Of a DNA stretch of 64,000 bases, positions 1 to 7,606 are shown in pieces (position 1 is the stretch's first letter; each line of letters begins with the position of its first letter). The translations under genes were made by a program, and so were the position numbers. The notes beneath the pieces were generated by a model. It saw only the letters and a list, made by a program, of their open reading frames with translations, ran no database searches and had not been told where the DNA came from. The DNA is from an uncultured Actinomycetes bacterium (GTDB taxonomy: Bacteria > Actinomycetota > Acidimicrobiia > IMCC26256 > PALSA-610), in contig CAWHHS010000006.1 in the NCBI GenBank assembly GCA_963829195.1, positions 798,006-862,005 of the forward strand, written 5' to 3'.

Positions 1-1
1 G

Positions 2-712
2 AACACCATCGTGGGCGTCGAGGCGTTCCTGCGATGGGAGCATCCCGGGCGCGGCTTCCTCCGCGCCGGTGAGTTCCTCGAGATCGCGGAACAGAACGGC
101 GCGATCGTCCCCATCGGCACGTGGGCGATACGCGCCGCGTGCATACAGGCCCGGCGTTGGCGCGATGCCGGCTGGCCCGGCTGGATGTCGGTGAACCTGT
201 CCGCCCGCGAGCTCGCCGAACCCGGACTCGCGCGTTCGGTCGCAACCATCCTCGCCGAGACCGGCGTCGAATCCGACCGCCTGTGGATCGAGTTGGCCGA
301 GTGCGTCCTCATGCGCGCGAGCGGTTCGGCCACCCGCGAGCTGCGAGCGATCCAGGAGCTCGGCGTGCACATCGGCGTCGACGACTTCGGCACCGGGCAT
401 GCTCCGCTGTCGAAGCTACAGGAGCTCCCCGCCGACTTCCTCAAGATCGACCGCGGCTTCGTTGCGAACATGACGTCCGACGGTCAAGCCCACACGGCGG
501 GTTGTGACATGGTCGCCGCGCTCGTCCAGATCGGCAGCACGCTCGGCCTGTCCGTGATCGCCGAAGGCATCGAGAGCGCCCTCCAGACCGAACTGCTCAT
601 GGAGACCGGCTGCCAGTACGGCCAGGGCGAGCTCCTCGCGTACCCGAGCCCGTCGCGCGCGGCGCCGGCGGCGCGGTCCCGCGTCGTCGGCCTCACGACG
701 GCGACGCGATGA
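2..712 (+). CDS. EAL-domain c-di-GMP phosphodiesterase, C-terminal part (5' end outside window)
   Basis: Frame is open to the window edge. Ordered EAL-family motifs: VEAFLRWEHP / SVNLS / WIELAE / DDFGTG / LKIDRGF / AEGIES / GQG. Confidence 0.85.
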   Translation, partial: NTIVGVEAFLRWEHPGRGFLRAGEFLEIAEQNGAIVPIGTWAIRAACIQARRWRDAGWPGWMSVNLSARELAEPGLARSVATILAETGVESDRLWIELAECVLMRASGSATRELRAIQELGVHIGVDDFGTGHAPLSKLQELPADFLKIDRGFVANMTSDGQAHTAGCDMVAALVQIGSTLGLSVIAEGIESALQTELLMETGCQYGQGELLAYPSPSRAAPAARSRVVGLTTATR

Positions 713-1524
713 CCGCGCGACGTGCGCTGTTCGGAAGCGCGCGTGGCGTTGCCGACGCTCCGCCGCGGTCGATCGGACTGCAGAGCGATCTGACGCGCGC
801 GGTCTCCGGGAACGAGCTGCGGCTCGACTTCCAGCCCATCGTCGCACTCGAGACGGAGGCGGTCGTCGGCTACGAAGCCCTCGTGCGCTGGCAGCACCCG
901 GCCCGAGGGCGCCTCGCGCCGGCCGACTTCCTCGCGCTCGCGCAGTGCAGCGACGTCGGCGCCGAGATCGACGACTGGGTCCTCGTCGAAGGCTGCCGGC
1001 AGGGAGCGACGTGGGCGGGCGCGGGGTACCCGACCAGCATCAACGTGAACGTCACGCCGGCGCGGTTCGCGGCCGCCGGATTCGTCGACCGCGTCGAACA
1101 CGCGATTCGTCTCACGGGGATCGAACCGGCACGACTCGTCGTCGAGATCACCGAGTGGAGCATCCTCGGCGATGTCGGAGCCGCGCGCGCCACCCTCGAG
1201 GATCTCAACGCCATCGGCGTGCGGGTCGCGCTCGACGACTTCGGCACCGGCTACTCGTCGCTCGCCGACATGGCCGAGCTCCCCGTCGACGAGCTGAAGA
1301 TCGACGCCAGCTTCGTCGCGGGCCTCGGGTTCGACCGGGTCCGCACGGCGATCGTGCGCGCGATCGTCGGGCTCGGGAGCGAGCTCGACATCATCGTCGT
1401 CGCCGAGGGCGTCGAGGACTCGAGCCGCGCGTTCGCGTTGCGCGCGCTCGGGTGCGAGTTCGGTCAGGGATTCCATTTCGGCCGGCCCGAACCGGGCTCG
1501 GCGTTGTTCAGGAGCGGGCAATGA
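709..1524 (+). CDS. EAL-domain protein (stand-alone c-di-GMP phosphodiesterase)
   Basis: Motifs YEALVRWQHP / NVNVT / VVEITEW / DDFGTGYSS / LKIDASF / AEGVED / GQGF. ATGA start/stop overlap with the upstream EAL gene. Confidence 0.85.
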   Translation: MTARRALFGSARGVADAPPRSIGLQSDLTRAVSGNELRLDFQPIVALETEAVVGYEALVRWQHPARGRLAPADFLALAQCSDVGAEIDDWVLVEGCRQGATWAGAGYPTSINVNVTPARFAAAGFVDRVEHAIRLTGIEPARLVVEITEWSILGDVGAARATLEDLNAIGVRVALDDFGTGYSSLADMAELPVDELKIDASFVAGLGFDRVRTAIVRAIVGLGSELDIIVVAEGVEDSSRAFALRALGCEFGQGFHFGRPEPGSALFRSGQ

Positions 1525-2303
1525 GCAGCAACAAACTCGACGTCGCATTCGTACGCGGGACCGGCGACGACCTGACACTCTCGGTACTCGGCAGCTTCCA
1601 ATTCCGCGCCGGTGACACCTCGCCGGCGCTCCCGTCGGGATCGCAGCGCCTCCTGGCGCTGCTCGCGCTCCGCGATCGGTCCGTGACGCGGCCGATGCTC
1701 GCGGGCACGCTGTGGCCCGAGTCGACGGAGCAGCACGCGTCCGCGAGCCTGCGCTCGGCGCTGACCCGGTTGCGGGGCGAGGCCCGCAACGCGGTCGACA
1801 TCGCCGATCTCGACATCAACCTGGCTTCGGGGGTGATCGTCGACATCCGGGACTCGAAGCGATTCGCGCACCGGCTCCTGGAGCCGAACGCGCCGCGCCT
1901 CGAGCCGGACGCGACCGCGGCCGCGGTCGCGTCGTTGTCGGCCGACCTCCTGCCCGACTGGTACGAGGACTGGGTGCTGATCGAGACCGCGGAATGGCGC
2001 CAGCTCCGCCTCCACGCGCTGGAGGCGATGGCCGATCACCTCGCGGCCGAGGGTCGTTGGGCCGAAGCGATCACCGCCGCGCAGGCCGCGATCCGCGGTG
2101 AGCCGTTGCGGGAGACCTCGCACGCGGCGTTGATCCGCGTCTTCCTCGCCGAGGGGAACCAGGCCGAGGCACTGAGCCACTACGACCACTACCGGGCGTT
2201 GCTCAACGACGAGCTCCGGCTCGAACCGACCGAGCGGCTCTCCGGGCTCGTGAAGAACCTGGGCCGCCGCCACGGCGACCCGTCGAGCCAGCGTGCCGGT
2301 TGA
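1521..2303 (+). CDS. SARP/AfsR-type transcriptional regulator (winged helix + BTAD)
   Basis: ATG 1521 overlaps the EAL stop (ATGA). N-terminal wHTH (LSVLGSFQFRAGD...SQRLLALLAL...RSALTRLR), then BTAD helices (DWYEDWVLIETAEWRQLRLHALEAMADHL...ALIRVFLAEGNQAEALSHYDHYRALLNDELRLEP). Confidence 0.75.
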   Translation: MSSNKLDVAFVRGTGDDLTLSVLGSFQFRAGDTSPALPSGSQRLLALLALRDRSVTRPMLAGTLWPESTEQHASASLRSALTRLRGEARNAVDIADLDINLASGVIVDIRDSKRFAHRLLEPNAPRLEPDATAAAVASLSADLLPDWYEDWVLIETAEWRQLRLHALEAMADHLAAEGRWAEAITAAQAAIRGEPLRETSHAALIRVFLAEGNQAEALSHYDHYRALLNDELRLEPTERLSGLVKNLGRRHGDPSSQRAG

Positions 2304-2318
2304 CCCTCCGGGTGTGGT

Positions 2319-2939
2319 TCAGCCCGCGAGTACCCGTTCCAGCTCGGGGCGGATCTCGAACAGGATCTGACTGACCCGGGATTCGGAGATCCCGAGCGCG
2401 GATCCGATCTCGTCCATCTTCACGCCGGCCATGCGCTGCGAGATGATCCAGCGGGTGCGCTCCGGCATCCGCTTGGTCGCGTACGCAAAGGCGTCGGCCG
2501 CGTCGACCTCGGCGAACGCCGGATCGCCCTCGCCGACGGCTTCGAGCCGGAGGTCGAGCACGTCGGCGTCGTTGATGTTCGAGCGGCGCTCGAAGTTCTT
2601 GCCGCTCGGTCGGCCCGAGCGGCGGCGCATCGCGTCGATCAGGCGGAACTTCAGATTGCGGTTCACGTACTTGAGCCACGGCGACGCCGGGCGGTACGTG
2701 TCGGCGAGATTCAACAGCCCGGCCAAGGCTTCCGCCTCGATTTCCTCGCGGAGGCCGAAGATGCCGTGATCTCGGCAGTACGTGCTGACGATCAACTTGG
2801 CGAGGGGGATCGCCTCTTCGACGAGCTCGTTGCGACGGGAGACGGCCGCGGCGCTGAGATCAGCGGCGCGGATGTCTTCGGCGACGTCGAGAACGGCGAG
2901 CTCCGTGACGTCGATGGCGGGAACGGTTCGAGAACGCAT
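2319..2939 (-). CDS. sigma-70 family RNA polymerase sigma factor (short, group 3/4-like)
   Basis: Region-2-like LAGLLNLADTYRP...YVNRNLKFRLIDAMRR and region-4 HTH MDEIGSALGISESRVSQILFEIRPELERVL. 206 aa with no region 1. Confidence 0.75.
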   Translation of the reverse strand: MRSRTVPAIDVTELAVLDVAEDIRAADLSAAAVSRRNELVEEAIPLAKLIVSTYCRDHGIFGLREEIEAEALAGLLNLADTYRPASPWLKYVNRNLKFRLIDAMRRRSGRPSGKNFERRSNINDADVLDLRLEAVGEGDPAFAEVDAADAFAYATKRMPERTRWIISQRMAGVKMDEIGSALGISESRVSQILFEIRPELERVLAG

Positions 2940-3068
2940 ACGACCAGACCCTGGCGTGATCGCGACACTCGCACTCTGCGAGGCGGTGACATCACGTTGG
3001 TCCGCGTCGTGTGACGAAGGCGTGACCTGACCGTCACCGCCCCCGAGGCCGCCGGGCGCCCGATGGGG

Positions 3069-3419
3069 CTAGGTGTACTTGCTGCAGTCGTAGGTCGTCT
3101 CGGCGACCACCTTCCCGTTGTCGAGGTAGCGCACGACGACCTGCTGCGCGGGGCGCACGATCGGCTTCAGCAATGCCGGCGGCTGGCATGCGTCCTTGAG
3201 CCGCGCGCTCGACAACTTCTGCAACGTCCCCACCGCGGCCGCGGTCACGGTTCGCGTCGAGACGCCCGCGGCCCGAGCGGCACTCACGTCGACGTTGACC
3301 GTCGCGTTCGGCTTGCGGAACGGTGAGCCCGTGTACTGCGGCCGGAACGAGACCGGCAGCAACGCCCAGACGTACAGCAGCCCCGGGAGCATCACGGCGT
3401 AACGCGCGACCTTCTTCAC
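3069..3419 (-). CDS. hypothetical small membrane-anchored/secreted protein
   Basis: GTG 3419 gives a basic N-terminus plus hydrophobic span (VKKVARYAVMLPGLLYVWALLPV), then a soluble part. No family recognised. The ORF-track start 3545 would overlap the upstream gene. Confidence 0.4.
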   Translation of the reverse strand: MKKVARYAVMLPGLLYVWALLPVSFRPQYTGSPFRKPNATVNVDVSAARAAGVSTRTVTAAAVGTLQKLSSARLKDACQPPALLKPIVRPAQQVVVRYLDNGKVVAETTYDCSKYT

Positions 3420-3484
3420 CGCGCCAGTGTCCCATCCGGGAGCGCCGGAGTTGGTGGCAAACGCGTTTCGTGCCCGCCGCGTCC

Positions 3485-4156
3485 CTACAGTTGCCGGCGA
3501 TGAGACGGGCCGAACGTCACGCCGCACCGGCGACGATCGGGGCACTCACGCGCCGCGACCGTCGGCGGGAGTCGGTGCTCGCCCGCAAGGTCGACACCGC
3601 CTACCGGGAGATGGCGGCCGCGTCGTCGCGGCGCCGCCGGCGGCACCACCTCCGGGAGGCACGGCGTCACGAACGTGCGCTGAGCGCGCATCGGCGCCGT
3701 CCGCAGAGCCTCCTGGCCGGGCTTGCGGTCGTGCTCGCGCTCATCCTCGGCGCGACCGTGCTCACGCGCGCGTCGCTCACGCTCGGTGTCGCGCTCGCCG
3801 CGGTGCTCGCAGTCGACCTCGGCGTGCTCCGATGGCGCCGGCGCGCGCTCCGGTCGTCCTAGGCGCTGAAATCGGCGGCGCGGTGGACGCGTCCGCCGCA
3901 GCGATCGCCGTTCGCGCTCGCTCAATCCGCCCCACACCCCGTGCGCGACCTTGAGTCGCATCGCGAAGTCGAGGCACTCGCGCCGGACCGGGCAGATCGC
4001 GCACACGGCCTTCGCGTCGCGCACCGACTCACCGCGCGCCGGGAAGAAGTCGACCTCGCCCGCGCAGCTGACGCACTGCGCGTGCTGCTGCCACGCGGGC
4101 GCGACATCCTCGGCCGCGAACGCCGCGGTCAGGTCGGTATCGGGGCGTACTCGCAT
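3485..4156 (-). CDS. WhiB-like (Wbl) protein with long Arg/Glu-rich C-terminal extension
   Basis: From ATG 4156: Cys4 core QCVSC...AKAVCAICPVRRECLDFA and GVWGG turn. The frame stays open about 140 more codons to the stop at 3485. The extension could be real or an indel artefact. Confidence 0.65.
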   Translation of the reverse strand: MRVRPDTDLTAAFAAEDVAPAWQQHAQCVSCAGEVDFFPARGESVRDAKAVCAICPVRRECLDFAMRLKVAHGVWGGLSERERRSLRRTRPPRRRFQRLGRPERAPAPSEHAEVDCEHRGERDTERERRAREHGRAEDEREHDRKPGQEALRTAPMRAQRTFVTPCLPEVVPPAAPRRRGRHLPVGGVDLAGEHRLPPTVAARECPDRRRCGVTFGPSHRRQL

Positions 4157-4491
4157 GGGGGGATTGTCACTCCGCCGGCCTGTGCGAAAAAAGTGGATAA
4201 CCGTGTGACTTGCCTGTTGATAAACCCCGCCGGAACCCACAGCCGCCGGCGACCAGGGCCGATCCCCGCCGGGCCCCCGATGGCGAGCGTCCAAGGCACG
4301 CGTCTACACGCATTCCTCACGTTGTTCACAGCTGACTTTCATGAACGCCGTGAATACTGCCGCCAAGACTCGGATCTCGGTCGGTTCCCTCGCACCCCGC
4401 CCCGCTGGGGGCCGGCCGAGGCCGAGCAACCAACTCGGTTCGCCCCGATCCCCTCCCCCATGCGCGGCTCCGGCCGCGGGCAGGAACCCCA

Positions 4492-4749
4492 GTGCAGGAC
4501 ATTCCCGAGGAATTCGCGTGGATGCTGCGAGCCGAGTGCCGGGGCGCGGACACCCGCGAGTTCTTCCCGTCGAACGGGCTCGGTGTCGAAGCCGCGCAAC
4601 AGATCTGCCGCACCTGCCCCGTCGCCGCCGAATGCCTCGAGTACGCGCTCGAGCATCGCATCGAGCAGGGCGTGTGGGGCGGCGCGTCCGAACGCGAGCG
4701 GCGGCGCATCCTGCGCCAACGCCGCCGGGCCGCCTCGGTCAACAACTGA
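4492..4749 (+). CDS. WhiB family transcriptional regulator
   Basis: 85 aa. AECRGADTREFFP...AQQICRTCPVAAECLEYALE...GVWGGASERERRRI: canonical Cys4, GVWGG and basic tail. Divergent from the other Wbl gene. Confidence 0.9.
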   Translation: MQDIPEEFAWMLRAECRGADTREFFPSNGLGVEAAQQICRTCPVAAECLEYALEHRIEQGVWGGASERERRRILRQRRRAASVNN

Positions 4750-4804
4750 ACACGCGGGTACGTGAGCGCGCACGCGCGTACGCCAGGCGCTCGGACCCGA
4801 TCGT

Positions 4805-5482
4805 TCAGACGCCGGTACCGCGGAGCTGGTCGACGAGAAAGCGGTTGAGCAACCGGATCGTCGGAGACGGCATCGGGTCGAACTGGATGCCGACGTGCGC
4901 GCCCGTCGCGTTCGTCCACGTGCGCACGACGAGACCGGAGAAGGGCACACGGTCGTCGTTGAGCGAGAGCTCGAGGGTCAGTGGCGTTCCGATCGGCAGG
5001 TTCAACGAGGTGCGGATCGCGCATCCCGACGACGAGAGGTCGACGACGTCGCTCTCGAACTCGACGACACCGGAGTCCGATGCGCTCACCGTCACCGACG
5101 CGACGAGATCGACCCGCAGGCGGGGCGCGAGCCTTCGTTCGCTCTCTTGCGACGCGTCCCGGCGCACGATGCGCATGAGTGAGCCGCTCGCCGCGAGCAC
5201 CTGCGCCTTCCCGCTCACGAGCCGGTCACCTTCACCGATCACGAGCGTGACGGTGTCGCGCTCGCGGAACCGGCCGTCGACGATCGTCCAGCCCCGCAAG
5301 CCGACGAGGCGGTCGCTCACGTAGGTGACCTGGGCGCGCCAGACGTCGCCGACCGCGGATTCGACGCTCACGACCGTGGAGACGGTGAGCGGACGCGGGA
5401 CACCCGTCGGCGCGAACCCGCTCGAACGCCGCACCGGGACCGCCATCAGGAGGATGATCGACAGAACCGGCGCTCGCGCCAC
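4805..5482 (-). CDS. PilZ-domain protein (YcgR-like length)
   Basis: C-terminal PilZ motifs RLAPRLR (RxxxR) and DLSSSG (D/NxSxxG). The N-terminal ~110 aa is unassigned. Confidence 0.7.
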   Translation of the reverse strand: MARAPVLSIILLMAVPVRRSSGFAPTGVPRPLTVSTVVSVESAVGDVWRAQVTYVSDRLVGLRGWTIVDGRFRERDTVTLVIGEGDRLVSGKAQVLAASGSLMRIVRRDASQESERRLAPRLRVDLVASVTVSASDSGVVEFESDVVDLSSSGCAIRTSLNLPIGTPLTLELSLNDDRVPFSGLVVRTWTNATGAHVGIQFDPMPSPTIRLLNRFLVDQLRGTGV

Positions 5483-5622
5483 AGCCGCGCGACGCGACGG
5501 TGACGATGTTCACGCGGTTCGCGCCGCGGCCGACGGCGCGCGAATGTGATCTTCGTCTCACGACCTTGCCCCGGCCGCCCGCCCGGTCAAGCGCAACCCG
5601 GCCGGTTGTCGTACCACTCGGC

Positions 5623-6045
5623 ATGGCAATCGCTCCCCTCTCGGTTCCCGCCGCCGTGCGCCCCGGCGGGCGGCGCGTCCTGTTCGCCGACGACGACGCG
5701 GGAATGCGGGCCATCGTCCTGATGAACCTCCAGGCCGAGGGCTTCGAGGTCACCGCCGTCGAAGACGGGCTCGTCGCGCTCGACGAGGCGCGACGCCTCC
5801 TGCCCGACCTGATCGTGCTCGACGTGATGATGCCCGGCCAGGACGGTTTCGAGGTGCTGCGCGAGTTGAAGGCCTCTCCCGACACGCTCGCGATCCCGGT
5901 CGTGATGCTCACCGCGAAGGCGACCGACGCCGACGTGTGGGAAGGCTGGAAATCGGGCGCCGACTACTACATGACCAAGCCCTTCAACCCCGACGACCTC
6001 GCACGTTTCGCCCGCCACGTCCTCGGGTTCGGCGACCTCTCGTGA
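5623..6045 (+). CDS. single-domain response regulator (CheY-like receiver)
   Basis: VLFADDD...LPDLIVLDVMMPGQDG...PVVMLTAKA...YMTKPF with no output domain. ATG 5623 preferred over ORF-track start 5500, which adds an Arg/Pro-rich leader. Confidence 0.85.
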   Translation: MAIAPLSVPAAVRPGGRRVLFADDDAGMRAIVLMNLQAEGFEVTAVEDGLVALDEARRLLPDLIVLDVMMPGQDGFEVLRELKASPDTLAIPVVMLTAKATDADVWEGWKSGADYYMTKPFNPDDLARFARHVLGFGDLS

Positions 6046-6159
6046 ACGCACTCGGGCAGCGGACGGTCACGCACGGGCCGCATCGCCGCGTCCGGCGCCG
6101 CGCTCGCGCTCGTCGCGGTCGGCCTCGTCGTCGCGCCCGCCGGCCTCGCGGTCGCGCAA

Positions 6160-7602
6160 GTGCCGCCCGCTTCCGGCAAAGCGGCGGCCGGTACCTCCCG
6201 GGCCGTCATCGTCGAGGCGACCTCGGCGGGCGAAGCGGCACGGGCGGTGGAGACGGTCGGCGGCCACGTCGACCTCGCACTCCCGATCATCGCCGGGGTC
6301 GCCGCGCACCTGAGCCCGGGCGCGCTCGCGACCCTCGAGGCCGATCCGGCGGTGCGCGTCGCGCCCGACGCCGACCTGCACCCCACCAGCGCGTCGTTCG
6401 CCGCCGCGGCCGCGGACACCCAGATCAACGCGATCGACCCGCCGGCCGACTGGTCGCCCGACGCCGGCCGCGGCGTCGGCGTCGCGCTGGTCGACACCGG
6501 GGTCGCCGATACGCCCGACCTCCGCGGCAGCCGCCTGGTGCGCGGTCCCGACCTGTCGGGCGAGGGCGACGGTATCGACCACTTCGGCCACGGCACGTTC
6601 ATGGCCGGGCTCATCGCCGGCGACGGCACCGCGAGCGCGGGCGCGCAGACGCGGCACTTCGGTGTCGCCCCGGGCGCGACCCTCGTCTCGGTGAAGGTCG
6701 CGGGCGCCGACGGGTCGTCGACGGTCTCGCGCGTGATCGCGGGAATCGGCTGGGTCGTCACCCACCGGGACACGTACGGCATCGACGTGCTCAACCTGTC
6801 GTTCGGCGTCGACGCGCCGATGCCGTACGTCTTCAATCCGCTGTCGGCCGCGGTCGAGGCGGCATGGGCGTCGGGCATCACGGTGGTCGCGGCGGCCGGC
6901 AACGACGGCGACGGCCACGTGACGTCACCGGGCAGCGATCCGTACGTCATCACGGTCGGCGCGGCCGACACCGCCGGGACCACCGCGACCGCCGACGACA
7001 CGGTGCCGGCGTGGTCGGGCCGCCAGACGTTCTTCAACCTGTTCGCCAAGCCCGACGTCGTCGCACCCGGGGTCTCGGTGGTCTCGCTCCGGGCGCCCGG
7101 ATCGACCGTCGACGTCACGCATCCCGAAGGCCGCGTCGGCGCCGTCTACTTCCGCGGGAGCGGAACGTCGATGAGCACCGCGCTCGTGGCGGGCGCGGCG
7201 GCGCTGCTCGTCGCGCATCATCCGGGCGCGACCCCCGACGACGTGAAGGGCGCGCTCGTCGACGGCGCCACCCAAATCGCAGGCGGGCGCGAGATCGACA
7301 TCGCGCGGGCCGACCGTGCCGACGCCCGCCCGGGCTGGTGGCAGCACTTCCCGGTCGCGTTCGGCGGCCTCGGGCGCGGGTTCGAGGACGCGATGCCATG
7401 GGCGATGACCCGCTGGACGGCGACCCGCTGGGCCATGACGCGCTGGACGGCGACCCGTTGGGCCATGACCCGCTGGACCGACGCGGAGTGGGAGGCGGCG
7501 GCGTGGACGTCGACCCGCTGGGAATCGACCCGCTGGGAATCGACCCGCTGGGCGGCGACCCGCTGGGCGGCCGAAGCCTGGCCCTCGACGAGCTGGGGAT
7601 AG
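6160..7602 (+). CDS. S8 (subtilisin-like) serine peptidase with C-terminal Trp-pentad repeat tail
   Basis: Catalytic contexts VALVDTGV (D), HGTFMAGLIAG (H), GTSMSTALVAGAAALL (S). The same frame 6064-6159 reads a signal peptide (RSRTGRIAASGAALALVAVGLVVAPAGLAVAQ) but has no ATG/GTG/TTG. The true start is probably GTG 6042 plus an indel (see finding). Confidence 0.85.
   Translation: MPPASGKAAAGTSRAVIVEATSAGEAARAVETVGGHVDLALPIIAGVAAHLSPGALATLEADPAVRVAPDADLHPTSASFAAAAADTQINAIDPPADWSPDAGRGVGVALVDTGVADTPDLRGSRLVRGPDLSGEGDGIDHFGHGTFMAGLIAGDGTASAGAQTRHFGVAPGATLVSVKVAGADGSSTVSRVIAGIGWVVTHRDTYGIDVLNLSFGVDAPMPYVFNPLSAAVEAAWASGITVVAAAGNDGDGHVTSPGSDPYVITVGAADTAGTTATADDTVPAWSGRQTFFNLFAKPDVVAPGVSVVSLRAPGSTVDVTHPEGRVGAVYFRGSGTSMSTALVAGAAALLVAHHPGATPDDVKGALVDGATQIAGGREIDIARADRADARPGWWQHFPVAFGGLGRGFEDAMPWAMTRWTATRWAMTRWTATRWAMTRWTDAEWEAAAWTSTRWESTRWESTRWAATRWAAEAWPSTSWG
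7399..7599 (+). repeat. 13 tandem 15-nt units encoding W-x4 pentads
   Basis: WAMTR WTATR WAMTR WTATR WAMTR WTDAE WEAAA WTSTR WESTR WESTR WAATR WAAEA WPSTS WG. Read directly from the S8 frame. Confidence 0.9.
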
Positions 7603-7606
7603 GCCC

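Noticed and set aside
4157-4491. CRP/cAMP-receptor-type operator (TGTGA-N6-TCACA) in the whiB divergent promoter
   Set aside because: Only half-site-like fragments (GTGTGA, TGTGCG) are present, with no matching inverted partner at the right spacing.
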